Source of the DNA: an uncultured Candidatus Peribacteria bacterium
GTDB taxonomy: Bacteria > Patescibacteriota > Gracilibacteria > Peribacterales > Peribacteraceae
DNA: 38,543 bases
Reading direction: 5' to 3'
NCBI GenBank assembly: GCA_964439155.1
Contig: CAYTNJ010000001.1
Span: forward strand, 1-38,543
Part shown: positions 1 through 9,355 of the stretch, in pieces
Numbering within the stretch: the first letter of the stretch is position 1
Layout of the letters: each line of letters opens with the position of its first letter
Made by a program: the position numbers and the translations under genes
The notes under the pieces: model-generated
Told to the model about the DNA's origin: nothing
Seen by the model: only the letters and a program-made list of their open reading frames with translations
The model's database searches: none

Positions 1-1273
1 GCCCCAGCACGTTCGTGGCGTTCTCGCCGTTGGTGATGGCCGCCACGTCGTACACCGTCACGCGGTTTTGGCTACTTTGAGAGGCGAAAAGACGATTTGT
101 GGCACCGTCATACAAAAGGCCGCGCGGCGCACGCATGCCCGGCTGGTTGTTGCCCGCCGTGACGCCCGTATACGTCGTCTGCCCCAGTACGTTCGTGGCG
201 TTTTCTCCATCGGTGATGGCGGCGACGTCGTACACCGTCACGCGGTTTTGGTTGAATTGCGATACGAATAGGCGACTCGTGCCGTCATACGACAGACCTG
301 CTGGCGCGCTCATACCCGGCTGGTTCGCGCCCGCGGCATTTCCCGCATACGTCGTCTGCCCCAGCACGTTATCCGGAATGCGGTCCACGAACGTGCCGTC
401 GCCGTTCATGGCATAGACAAGGACGCGGTTATTGGTGCTGTCCGAAAGGAACAAGCGCGAGTTGCTGGTATCAAAAGCGAGGTTGGTAGGGGCGTTGAAG
501 CCGAACTTGTTAGGGCCGTTATTCGCCACAGCCGCTTTGGTATACAGAGGAATCGGATCGACGAAATTCGTCTCGTCGTACTGCCCTATCAAATCGACTG
601 CGTTTTGCCCGTTGGTGATTTTTCCCGAATACACCAGCACGCGATTGTTGCCTTGATCACTGACGAACACGCGCTTGTCGTTGGGGTCGAAGGCGAGGCC
701 TTGGGGATTGTTCAGTGCATTCACGGCTGTAGCAGAGCCGCTGGAGGTGAAATTCGTTTGGCCGAACACCAGCAGGGCATTTTCTCCATCCGTGATCGCC
801 GACACGGAGAATGCGAGCACGCGGTTATTGCCGCTGTCGGTCACGAAGAGGCGATTGTCAGTGGCATCGTACGTGAGAGAGCGGGGCGCGCGCAGGCCGT
901 TTTGCGTGGTAGCCGCGGCATCGCCATAGTACGTGGATTGCCCGAGGATGTTGTCGGGCACATGATTGAGCAGCGTACCGCCGGTGTTGGTACGAAACAC
1001 CAAGACGCGGTTGTTGCCCGTGTCCGAAACGAACAAGCGGTTATAGGTCGAGTCATAAGCGATGCCCGTGGCCGCATACACGCCGAAGATGTTCGGCCCA
1101 TCGTTGGCGCCGGCTTTGGTGAACACCGGCACGGGGTTAGAAAAGCTCGTTTGGTCGAACTGTTGCAGCAGATCTATGGCATTTGCCCCGTTGGAAAGCG
1201 CCGCCAGTGTCGGTGTCGCCGGAAGAAGCACGTTGAAAAGCGCGAGAGACACCACAAGCAGCGCGCTGCTCAT
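1..1273 (-). CDS. NHL-repeat / beta-propeller secreted protein, N-terminal part (C-terminus lies beyond the window start)
   Basis: Open at the window edge, so absent from the ORF track. Reverse-strand ATG at 1273-1271 gives MSSALLVVSLALFNVLLPATPTLAALS (signal-peptide-like). Repeats follow, such as GIAYDSTYNRLFVSDTGNNRVLVF and NRVTVYDVAAITNGENATNVLGQ. I translated both ends by hand; the middle is inferred from the mirror + strand ORFs. DNA shows ~180-nt periodic near-repeats (1-70 vs 181-250). Confidence 0.75.
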   Translation of the reverse strand, partial: MSSALLVVSLALFNVLLPATPTLAALSNGANAIDLLQQFDQTSFSNPVPVFTKAGANDGPNIFGVYAATGIAYDSTYNRLFVSDTGNNRVLVFRTNTGGTLLNHVPDNILGQSTYYGDAAATTQNGLRAPRSLTYDATDNRLFVTDSGNNRVLAFSVSAITDGENALLVFGQTNFTSSGSATAVNALNNPQGLAFDPNDKRVFVSDQGNNRVLVYSGKITNGQNAVDLIGQYDETNFVDPIPLYTKAAVANNGPNKFGFNAPTNLAFDTSNSRLFLSDSTNNRVLVYAMNGDGTFVDRIPDNVLGQTTYAGNAAGANQPGMSAPAGLSYDGTSRLFVSQFNQNRVTVYDVAAITDGENATNVLGQTTYTGVTAGNNQPGMRAPRGLLYDGATNRLFASQSSQNRVTVYDVAAITNGENATNVLG

Positions 1274-1413
1274 TGTTGTAACGCCGACAGACAATGACTT
1301 ATGACGCAAGAAGGGCAAGAATACAGATCCTGCAAATGTACCAAATCGTCTAGCTGTTACGGAAATACCCTCGCTTGCGAGAATGAGGGGAAATGTCTTA
1401 AACGTCGCGGCAA

Positions 1414-4400
1414 TTACCTCGGCGCGGCTTGTTGCAGCAGGTGCTCGATCGGGGACACGTCTTTGCCGAGCTCTTTCGCTTTTTGTATATGCGGCTTCGC
1501 TGCTTCGCTATCGCCCGTCTGCACGAGCAAGAGAGCCAGATTGTAGTGTGCGTCGGAATACTCCGGCCATTCCTTCAACGCCCGTTCATATTCTTCCTTC
1601 GCCTCGTCATATTTTTTCTCAAAAAACGAGAGCGTGGCCAGGTTGTTCCAGGCTTGGGGGTTGCTGGGGTTTAGGTGGATGGCGATTTGAAAATTCTCCC
1701 TCGCTTCTGCGTTGCGGCCTTGCTGCGCCAGTTCCAAAGCTTTGGCGCCGAATTCGAGAGCGTCTTGCGCGGGATTGACCATCGGCACGTCCCGCGATGA
1801 GGCGGAGGATTGGGAAACAGAAGACTGCGCTGCGGCAGAGAGAGGCAAAGTCGGCGGGAGCTCCGTCACGGGCTGATCGGATACCGGGGATGCCCTCAAG
1901 GTCAGCCCGGCTTTGTGCGCATAGCGTCGTGCCTGCCGCAGGCGGCCCGCTTTGGTGAAGACTTCCGCCAGGTACCCATAATCCATGTCGGGATAATCCT
2001 TGTCGGCAAGCTTAAGCATGATGTCCAACTCGTCCGCTGCCTTCTTCCACTGCTGTTGCTGCACAAAGATGGCGGCGAACATGGCATGAGGTTCCGGCAC
2101 GCCCGGCTTGACGATGGCTGCGTCCTGCGCCATGGCCTGGGCTTCGTTTAAGCGCTTCTGCCGGATGAACATCTTGCTCAGTTCTATGCGGGCCTTGATG
2201 GAGCGCGGGTCGTCTTTCACCGCGCGCAGCAGTTCGGCTTCGAGCGCGGGCCATTGTTCCACGGGCACGTCGGCGAGTACCGATTTGTATTCGAGGTTTT
2301 CTGCTGTGAGCAGCTTAAAGCTCAGGCGCTCGATCAGCGGCAAGTTGGCGGGCGTCCTCTTCAAATACACGGCGACCCAATCGTCCACGTACACCATCGC
2401 CCACTCGGGGTCCTGTTCCAAAATCATCGAATAAAAGAGGCGGTCATGCTCTTTGTCTTTGTTCGCGAAGTAGTCGACTACGGCAAAGTCGAACGGATAC
2501 TTCTCCTGCAACTTCTTCCATTGCACGGAATCTTTTCCCGCAAGGAAATTTAAGTTCATGAACGCAAAGCCGTAATCGACGTTGCGCCCGTCGATGAACA
2601 CTTGCCTGTCGGGATAGCCGCGGTACAGCAGATAGGCGCCGATGCCGTAAGTATTGAACATCTTGCCGCTCAGTTGCTCACGCTCTACGAAGTCAGCCGC
2701 ACTCTTGCCGTAATCGAAGAGACCATAGCCTTGGATTTGATCCGCATGGGTGAAGGAAACGTACTGCGTGCGTGCATACGTCGTGCAAGCCGCGAGCATC
2801 AGACAGGCCGCGATCGCGGTAAAGGTCCGGCGCTTGAGCAGCCAATCATGCAGGTGTTTCCAAGACGCCATGTTCGACACTTGGTGCAGCGTGACGGCGA
2901 GAGTCGTGAGCACGAAGAACGATTCATGCCGCAGCGCCTTGAGCGATAGCCAGCCGGTCAGGCCGAACAAAAACAGGCTGGCGAGCATGTGCTTCCTGCC
3001 CGAGGCAATGGCCGTGAAGCCGATGATCCACAGCGGTACGATCAGCTTGAAATACTGATCGAGCGGCCGCGGCTGCCATTCGAGAATGTAGATGATCGTG
3101 CGATCGGTGAGCAGGTTCCAAAGATACGTGGCGTTATGATAGGTGGTGGGCGATACGAAAAATCCAATGGCCAATGCGGCACCGAGGCCCGCGATCCAGA
3201 GCGATCGCGCGGGCAGCGCGGCGAGTGGCTGCCGCGAGCCGAGGGTACGCGCGAGTGCGTCGATACCAAGCGCCACGGGAAAGAAAAACGCCAGCATGCC
3301 GGCACCTCCGTGCGTGTTCACCCAAAGGATTTGCAGCAGGAAAAATGCCAGCGCCGTTCCGTATTTTTCGCGCTTGGTCGGCGCACGCTTGGAGCAACTG
3401 TCGAGCAGGCTGAACGTCAGGGTCAGGAACGTCGAATAGATGACGAAAGAAAACAGTTGCGGACGTTCCATCATCGTCGGCTGCAACGCGATGATCGCCA
3501 AGACGAACACCGGAAACAGCAGCCACAAGCCCCGCCTGCACAAGCGAGCGATGATCGCGAGGCAAGCCGCCAGTACGAACGTGCGAAAAACAATGAGAGC
3601 GGTCGAGCCGCCTGCAGACCACAGCAGCGTCAAGATTATCTGCGCCAACCATTCGTGCGTGGCCAGGTACGGCAGGCCCGCACGCGTCCAGGCGAACGGC
3701 TCGGTGGCGATGAGCGAACCCGTTTGCAACATGATCTTCCCCGCGGTGATGTGCCACCAAATATCCCTGTCGGTCATCTTGAACGCGCACATGCCGATGA
3801 CGAGCGCGAGCAGCGACGCGACGGCCGCCCAAATGAGAAGCCTGCGGAAACTCTCGGCAGAGCCCGGGCTCTCGCGCAGCACGGCGCGGGGAACGCTTAA
3901 GCGCAGGGCGCTCATCGCGACCAAGACTGACGGATGCTTACGGATACGGAAGAGAAGACGCCGGAGTGAAGCCGCGACAGACGGAACGAACCCGTATCCG
4001 CTCCAAAGAACCGTGGACACGCACGCCGCGAGCAGGAGCAGCGTGAGCAGGTCGGCGGCGCGCTGCAGAGGCGAAAGGCGCCACGTCGTGGGAAGGCCGT
4101 TGCGGAACGCCAGCAAGTTCTGCGCGTCGGCGCCCGCTATGCGGTCGCCCGGCTTGCAGTCGTTTTGGGCAGGATACTGCAGGCAGGCCGGATTGCGCAG
4201 GTTGTAAAAGCCGTCGCTCAAGTGCTCCACCGATCCTTCCGTAAGCGGCTGCAGGATCGTGACACCCTTCAAGAGCGGTTCATAGCATCCCGGGCTGGTG
4301 GTGCCGGCGAACACCGATCGTAAATCCGAAGGCATCTCCGCCGGGAGGATATGCACGTTGTCCACGGCTTTGTGGAGATAGCCCGAAAGGGCGATCCCCT

Positions 4401-5769
4401 CTTGCACTTCTTGATACTTCACCGACTGCAACGGATGGAGCTTGATGAGCATGGGCGCATAGGCGCACAGGAAGGCTCCCACCGTCGCGAGTCCCACCAG
4501 AGGAGCGGCGAATGCGCGCGACGAAGCCCGAAGACGGTGCTCGCTGAGCCATGCCAGCCCCAGTACGCCGCCCATGCCGAGCAGTAAAGAAGGGGCATAC
4601 AAAAAGCGCACCACCACCCGCAGAGACGAGAAAATCGGCAGGCCGTGAAGCACCGTCGGGAACACGCCGTATCCGCGCGTGAGCTGTGCAAACAAGAAGA
4701 CAAGGACAAGCGAGTACACAAAAATCAGAGCTGTTTTTCGCGCGCCTATACGCCGGTATTCCCGCAATGAGTGCCAAGCCAAGCAGGCCAAGCCCACGAG
4801 GATGACCGGTGAAAGGAACATGCTGTACTCATGGATGCCCCAAATCTTCTCGTCGGATGAAAAGAGGAACGATCCTTGCGGCATGGCAAAGAAGGCCTTG
4901 AGCATGAACGCGAGCGCGGAAGTGTCCGGCGCGAAATGATCGAACGCGGTCGAACGCGGCAAAAAGCGCATCAAGCTCCACACGGCGACCAGCTTGCTGG
5001 CACAGAGCGCCAATGTAACGACGCCATAGCAAAGTGATCGCATGCCCACTTGCGCGGCGCGTCTCTTGGGATTTGCCGCATGCAACAGATCGAACGGCAA
5101 AAACAGCGCCGCAGTGATACCCGTAAGAAGAAGCGCGAAGTAACCCGCCTGATAGAGCGTGCATGCAGCGAGCAAGGCAAAAGCCGCCATGCGAGCGAAT
5201 GACGGGCGAAGGAGTCTGTCCGTACGGTCAAAGAGCAGCCACAGGAACCATCCTGCGAGTGGCAGCATGGCAAAGGACAAATGTCCGGCGATCACGTGCA
5301 TGAAGTAGTACCCGTTGGCGAGCGTTACCAATGCGAGCGCGTGCGACCAAGCAGCATCTAGGCGCAGCACGTCACGCCCCATGCGGTACCACCCGGCGTA
5401 GCCGAGCAGCATGGCGCACAGCACCGTCAGCTGTACCGATGTCCACAGGCCCAATACCAAACTGAGCAGTTGCGGCAGCGAGTAAAACACGTCATGAGGA
5501 TTGCCGTACACCGGAAAGCCTCCGCACAGTTGCGGCGCCCAGCGAAGCGGCGACCAGCCGCTGCCGAGCGCGTGCCACCGGCCCACTAGCAAGCGCGGGA
5601 AGAAGTAGTACCAATCGTGCCCAAGCAGCGGATACGCCGCGTTGAGTCCGCAAAAAAACGCCGCCAAAAAAAGCGCCAATACCGCATAAGGAATAAGCGG
5701 GGAGCCGGGAGAAAAACGCATCCTTCGCATCGGTGCGCATGAGTGTAGCAAACTTGCTATCGTTCCCAC
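1414..5769 (-). CDS. Giant polytopic membrane protein: two GT-C-like modules fused in frame, plus C-terminal TPR repeats
   Basis: 1451-aa ORF starting at GTG 5769 (ATG alternatives at 5730 and 5721). aa ~1-620: many TM helices, GHDWYYFFP and GGFPVYGNP (YfhO/DUF6311-like flavour, from memory). aa ~640-1150: second TM module with MTDRDIWWHITAGK, LQILWVNTHGG and MFNTYGIGAYLLYRGYPDRQVFIDGRN, collinear with ORF 10170..12104. aa ~1150-1451: TPRs (AWNNLATLSFFEKKYDEAKEEYERALKEWPEYSDAHYNLALLL). Confidence 0.7.
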   Translation of the reverse strand: MGTIASLLHSCAPMRRMRFSPGSPLIPYAVLALFLAAFFCGLNAAYPLLGHDWYYFFPRLLVGRWHALGSGWSPLRWAPQLCGGFPVYGNPHDVFYSLPQLLSLVLGLWTSVQLTVLCAMLLGYAGWYRMGRDVLRLDAAWSHALALVTLANGYYFMHVIAGHLSFAMLPLAGWFLWLLFDRTDRLLRPSFARMAAFALLAACTLYQAGYFALLLTGITAALFLPFDLLHAANPKRRAAQVGMRSLCYGVVTLALCASKLVAVWSLMRFLPRSTAFDHFAPDTSALAFMLKAFFAMPQGSFLFSSDEKIWGIHEYSMFLSPVILVGLACLAWHSLREYRRIGARKTALIFVYSLVLVFLFAQLTRGYGVFPTVLHGLPIFSSLRVVVRFLYAPSLLLGMGGVLGLAWLSEHRLRASSRAFAAPLVGLATVGAFLCAYAPMLIKLHPLQSVKYQEVQEGIALSGYLHKAVDNVHILPAEMPSDLRSVFAGTTSPGCYEPLLKGVTILQPLTEGSVEHLSDGFYNLRNPACLQYPAQNDCKPGDRIAGADAQNLLAFRNGLPTTWRLSPLQRAADLLTLLLLAACVSTVLWSGYGFVPSVAASLRRLLFRIRKHPSVLVAMSALRLSVPRAVLRESPGSAESFRRLLIWAAVASLLALVIGMCAFKMTDRDIWWHITAGKIMLQTGSLIATEPFAWTRAGLPYLATHEWLAQIILTLLWSAGGSTALIVFRTFVLAACLAIIARLCRRGLWLLFPVFVLAIIALQPTMMERPQLFSFVIYSTFLTLTFSLLDSCSKRAPTKREKYGTALAFFLLQILWVNTHGGAGMLAFFFPVALGIDALARTLGSRQPLAALPARSLWIAGLGAALAIGFFVSPTTYHNATYLWNLLTDRTIIYILEWQPRPLDQYFKLIVPLWIIGFTAIASGRKHMLASLFLFGLTGWLSLKALRHESFFVLTTLAVTLHQVSNMASWKHLHDWLLKRRTFTAIAACLMLAACTTYARTQYVSFTHADQIQGYGLFDYGKSAADFVEREQLSGKMFNTYGIGAYLLYRGYPDRQVFIDGRNVDYGFAFMNLNFLAGKDSVQWKKLQEKYPFDFAVVDYFANKDKEHDRLFYSMILEQDPEWAMVYVDDWVAVYLKRTPANLPLIERLSFKLLTAENLEYKSVLADVPVEQWPALEAELLRAVKDDPRSIKARIELSKMFIRQKRLNEAQAMAQDAAIVKPGVPEPHAMFAAIFVQQQQWKKAADELDIMLKLADKDYPDMDYGYLAEVFTKAGRLRQARRYAHKAGLTLRASPVSDQPVTELPPTLPLSAAAQSSVSQSSASSRDVPMVNPAQDALEFGAKALELAQQGRNAEARENFQIAIHLNPSNPQAWNNLATLSFFEKKYDEAKEEYERALKEWPEYSDAHYNLALLLVQTGDSEAAKPHIQKAKELGKDVSPIEHLLQQAAPR

Positions 5770-6728
5770 AGCGGCACGCCGCTCTGCCGGTGATCATTCC
5801 ACACGTCGCGCACGATGGCGCGCGGCCGCTGCTTGGTCTCCTCGAAAATGCGCCCGACGTACTCGGCGATCACTCCCAGCGATAGCAGCTGCACGCTGCC
5901 GAGAAACAGCACGAGCACGAAGATGGTGGTAAGCCCGCGCGGCGTGCCCGGCAACAAAAAGAACGTCGCGATGTAAAACACGATGGCGCCGCCCGACAGC
6001 AGCGTCACGATGCCGGCCAGCCACGACACCCACTCGAGCGGTGCGTAGGAAAAAGAAAAAATCGCTTTCCGCGCCCAGCGGAGATTTTTCCAGAAACTGT
6101 TCGTCGACACGCCGGCAAACCGCTCGGGCCGCACGTAGTCGATGCCCGTTTGGCGAAAACCCACCCACGCCCGCAACCCTCGTATCAGCCTGTCGCGCTC
6201 GGGCAGGGCGTTGATCCACTCCACCACTTTCCTGTCGAGCAAGGAAAATTCGCCGGCGTCGGGCGGGACCTTGATGTACGACAAGCGGTGGAACAGTACG
6301 TAGAACGAGTGGTACAGCCACTGGTTGATCCTGCCCAAACTGCGCTCCCGCTTGCGGCGAACGCCGTACACCACTTCAAATCCCTCGCGCCATTTGGCCA
6401 CGAACTCCGTAATCAACTCGGGCGGATCCTGCAAGTCGCCGTCCAGCAAAATCACGGCGTCGCCCGCGGCTTGCAACATGCCCGAGGTAAAGGCGGCCTG
6501 CGCCCCGAAGTTGCGGGAGTGATGCAGTACCGTCAGGTGCAAGTCGCGCGCCGAAAGCTCTTGGAGAATCTGCGCGGAATCATCAGGACTGGCGTCGTTC
6601 ACGTAGATGATCTCGTAGCGCGGAGTGATGGCCCTTAAGGCGATACTCAGCCGTTCATGAAGCGCCCGGATGGTCGGCGCATCGCGATAGCAGACGACGA
6701 CGGCGGAGAGGGAGAAGGGCTGGTCCAT
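5757..6728 (-). CDS. GT2-family polyprenol-phosphate glycosyltransferase (DPM1/GtrB/ArnC-like)
   Basis: The track ORF (to 6803) starts at GTG. The first ATG, at 6728, gives MDQPFSLSAVVVCYRD, YVNDASPDDS, RNFG, DGDLQDPPE (DxD) and two C-terminal TM helices. Confidence 0.85.
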   Translation of the reverse strand: MDQPFSLSAVVVCYRDAPTIRALHERLSIALRAITPRYEIIYVNDASPDDSAQILQELSARDLHLTVLHHSRNFGAQAAFTSGMLQAAGDAVILLDGDLQDPPELITEFVAKWREGFEVVYGVRRKRERSLGRINQWLYHSFYVLFHRLSYIKVPPDAGEFSLLDRKVVEWINALPERDRLIRGLRAWVGFRQTGIDYVRPERFAGVSTNSFWKNLRWARKAIFSFSYAPLEWVSWLAGIVTLLSGGAIVFYIATFFLLPGTPRGLTTIFVLVLFLGSVQLLSLGVIAEYVGRIFEETKQRPRAIVRDVWNDHRQSGVPLWER

Positions 6729-6762
6729 GAGAGAAGCAGGATAGACGCCTCGCGCCGCGCCG

Positions 6763-7476
6763 TCACGGATGAAGCAGCAAGCGGCTGGCCGCCGCAAACG
6801 CACGATCGGGTAGCCACAAGCTCAGTCGCAGCAACACAGTCGAAAGCCGCGGAAAATAGAGACTGTCGCCTTTGCCGCATGCGAACGTCGCCAAAGCCGA
6901 GGCTGCGCGCTTCGCGGAGGGAACGAGAGGATGATGTTTGCCTTCCCACATGCCGGCATCTACCGGTCCTAAGAACACGTTGCCGAAGGTGAGTCCGTGC
7001 GTGGCATAGCGCAGTCGCAACGAGCGAAACGCCATCGCCAAAGCCGCCTTCGAGGCTCCGTACGCGGCCGATCTGCGCGAAGGACGCAGCGCAGCCGTAG
7101 AGCAGATCGCCACGAATCTCCCTCGTCCTCTTGCCGTGAAATCCGGCAGGAATAACTCCACGCAGGCAAGCGGCGCTTCCACGTTCACCCGTAGCATCCT
7201 GTTCGCAGCCGCGGCGTCGTATCCGTTTGGCGTCATGTCTTCCTCTTGGAGTGCCGCAAGCAACACAATCGCATCGGGCAGCCAATCTTGCGCGTGCATT
7301 TCCTCTTTCCATGCAAGCAGGGAAGCGGGGTCAGCCATGTCTACGCGGGACACGCGCATGCCTTCGTCGTTCCCTGCCGAACGCGATATGCCCCACACGT
7401 CGTGACCGCGGCGCATAAGCTCGGCGCAAAGCTCCCGCCCGATGCCTCCCGTTGCTCCCGTGACAGCGATACGCAT
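6763..7476 (-). CDS. Short-chain dehydrogenase/reductase (SDR)
   Basis: The track start at 7512 is GTG. ATG 7476 gives MRIAVTGATGGIGRE (TGxxxGxG), CSTAAL and YGASKAAL (YxxxK). Confidence 0.8.
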   Translation of the reverse strand: MRIAVTGATGGIGRELCAELMRRGHDVWGISRSAGNDEGMRVSRVDMADPASLLAWKEEMHAQDWLPDAIVLLAALQEEDMTPNGYDAAAANRMLRVNVEAPLACVELFLPDFTARGRGRFVAICSTAALRPSRRSAAYGASKAALAMAFRSLRLRYATHGLTFGNVFLGPVDAGMWEGKHHPLVPSAKRAASALATFACGKGDSLYFPRLSTVLLRLSLWLPDRAFAAASRLLLHP

Positions 7477-7505
7477 GTGGCCAGGATAGGCTACAATCGT
7501 TCTCC

Positions 7506-8339
7506 ATGACACCTGTGGCGACCGTCATTGCTCCCGGCACTCTTGCGAATAGCGCGCGAGATTTGCGTCTCAAGGTATTGGAGATGGCTCACCGCGCGCA
7601 TAGCGGGCACATCGGGTCCGCGTTTTCCGTGATCGACATTTTGGCAACACTCTACGGCGGATTTCTGCGTATTGATCCCGCGCATCCGCAAGCACCAGAC
7701 CGTGACCGCTGCATTCTGAGCAAAGGCCACGCGGCCTCCGCGCTGTACGCGGTGCTGGCGGCGAAAGGATTTTTCCCGGAGGAGGAATTGCGGCACTACC
7801 TGCGCGACGGCGGACGGCTGCCCGCGCATCCCTCTCCCTCCTTGCCGGGAGTGGAAGTGGCCACCGGATCGCTCGGACACGGGCTTTCCATAGGAGTTGG
7901 CATGGCGCTGGCAGGCAAAATCGCGGGCAAGACATACCGCACGGTGGTGATCGTGAGCGATGGCGAGTGCGATGAAGGATCCACGTGGGAAGCCGCTTTG
8001 AGCGCCGCACATCACGGACTCGGAAATCTTCTCTGCATCATCGACGCCAATGCCATCCAGGCGCTCGGACGTACCGAAGACGTACTGGCCCTGGAGCCGC
8101 TGGCGGAAAAATGGGCCGCCTTCGGCTGGTCGACGCAGGAGGTGGATGGCCATGACGTCGAGGCGCTCTCGGCCGCACTCGCCCGATGCGACGTGACATC
8201 GGCACGCCCGCATGTGATCGTCGCACGCACCGTCAAAGGCAAGGGGGTGTCGTTCATGCAACACTCAATCGATTGGCACTATTTGCCTCCCGATGACGAG
8301 CGGTACGCGCTCGCCCGAAGCGAGCTTTCCGCATCCTAA
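7506..8339 (+). CDS. Transketolase, N-terminal (ThDP-binding) subunit of a split enzyme
   Basis: LEMAHRAHSGHIGSAFS, GSLGHGLSIGVGMALAG, VIVSDGECDEGSTWEAALSAAHHGLGNLLCIIDAN (ThDP motif). 277 aa. TACAAT at 7492-7497 lies 8 nt before the ATG. Confidence 0.9.
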   Translation: MTPVATVIAPGTLANSARDLRLKVLEMAHRAHSGHIGSAFSVIDILATLYGGFLRIDPAHPQAPDRDRCILSKGHAASALYAVLAAKGFFPEEELRHYLRDGGRLPAHPSPSLPGVEVATGSLGHGLSIGVGMALAGKIAGKTYRTVVIVSDGECDEGSTWEAALSAAHHGLGNLLCIIDANAIQALGRTEDVLALEPLAEKWAAFGWSTQEVDGHDVEALSAALARCDVTSARPHVIVARTVKGKGVSFMQHSIDWHYLPPDDERYALARSELSAS

Positions 8340-8344
8340 ACCCC

Positions 8345-9355
8345 ATGCGTTCTGCCTTTCTTGCCGGCCTGCTCGCATGCGCGGAGCGCGACCCTTCGGT
8401 CATGCTGCTCACGGGCGATTTGGGTTTTCATGTGCTGGAAAAATTTCAGACGCGCTTTCCCGGGCGTTTTTTCAACATGGGCATCGCCGAGCAGAACATG
8501 ATCGGCGTGGCCGCCGGGTTGGCACTGAGCGGACACCGGGTATTCGTGTACTCCATCAGCCCTTTTGTCAAGCTGCGCAGCGCCGAGCAAATCCGCAACG
8601 ATGAGTGTTTCGCCCTCTTGCCAGAGTGCAACGTAGGCCTTGGCGGCGGTTATGCGTATGGCCATAACGGCGCGACCCATCACGCACTCGAAGACATCGC
8701 CGTCATGCGCGTGCTGCCACAGATGACCGTGGTCTGTCCGGCGGATCCCGTAGAAGCATCGGCTCTCGTCGGAGACATCGCGCGATTGCCGGGTCCCAGC
8801 TACCTGCGCCTCGGTAAAGACGGCGAACCTGCGTTGCACTCCTCATCCAACGGCATCGCCTTAGGCTCCGCTTTAACCATGCGCGCGGGAACCGATGTCG
8901 CGCTGCTCGCCACTGGGTCGATGGTGGAGACCGCCCTGCGCGCAGCCGAACTCCTCGCAGGGCGTGGCATCTCGGCGCGAGTACTAAGCGTGCATACGGT
9001 CTCCCCTCTCGACGTTGCCGCCCTGCGCACTTGTGCTGCGGATGTCGCGCTCATCGCCACCGTCGAGGAGCACCGCCGTGCCGGAGGATTCGGCGCCGCC
9101 GTCGCGGAAGCCCTTGCTGACGCTCAAGCACGACCGCCGCACCTGCTATTGTGCGCCCCGGATGAAGTGGAGCATCGCTCAGGGTCGACTGTCTTCCTGC
9201 GGGAGCAAGCCGGCCTCACGCCCGAAGCCGTCTGCGCGCGCGTCGGCGACGCTTTCGCTATGCTGCCCGCATGGCCGAAGCCGTCTGCGCTCTCTGCGGC
9301 ACCAACGAGCATGCTCGCACGCTCTACGCATCAACGCTCCGCCCGGGCGACCTAA
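8345..9355 (+). CDS. Transketolase, C-terminal (pyrimidine-binding plus C-terminal domain) subunit
   Basis: FFNMGIAEQNMIGVAAGLALSGHRVFVYS. Starts 5 nt after the TK-N stop. The last ~28 codons overlap the next gene and look like unselected read-through. Confidence 0.88.
   Translation: MRSAFLAGLLACAERDPSVMLLTGDLGFHVLEKFQTRFPGRFFNMGIAEQNMIGVAAGLALSGHRVFVYSISPFVKLRSAEQIRNDECFALLPECNVGLGGGYAYGHNGATHHALEDIAVMRVLPQMTVVCPADPVEASALVGDIARLPGPSYLRLGKDGEPALHSSSNGIALGSALTMRAGTDVALLATGSMVETALRAAELLAGRGISARVLSVHTVSPLDVAALRTCAADVALIATVEEHRRAGGFGAAVAEALADAQARPPHLLLCAPDEVEHRSGSTVFLREQAGLTPEAVCARVGDAFAMLPAWPKPSALSAAPTSMLARSTHQRSARAT

Noticed and set aside
1-1273. Periodic ~180-nt DNA repeats considered as a CRISPR array or a DGR template/variable repeat pair
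   Set aside because: The repeats are in frame, divergent at many positions (not A-specific) and have no spacers. They encode the blades of a repeat protein. No reverse transcriptase or cas gene is in the window.
99-1297. Plus-strand ORFs 99..416, 432..656, 605..1297 and 1062..1304 over the first 1.3 kb
   Set aside because: They are antisense or off-frame shadows of the minus-strand NHL-repeat gene. Their products are Arg/Gly/Ala/Val-rich with no motifs, whereas the minus frame gives a signal peptide and clean NHL-type repeats.
1810-5273. Many 60-300-aa ORFs on both strands inside 1414..5769 (e.g. 2989..3900, 3440..4207, 3134..3832, 4280..4777)
   Set aside because: These are high-GC shadow ORFs with R/A/G/P-rich nonsense-like products. 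The 1451-aa frame carries TM helices, TPRs and paralogy to ORF 10170..12104.
7491-8264. 257-aa minus-strand ORF opposite the transketolase N-subunit (and 7570..8010, 8336..8839 opposite TK genes)
   Set aside because: The plus-strand frames carry unmistakable transketolase motifs. The antisense products have none.
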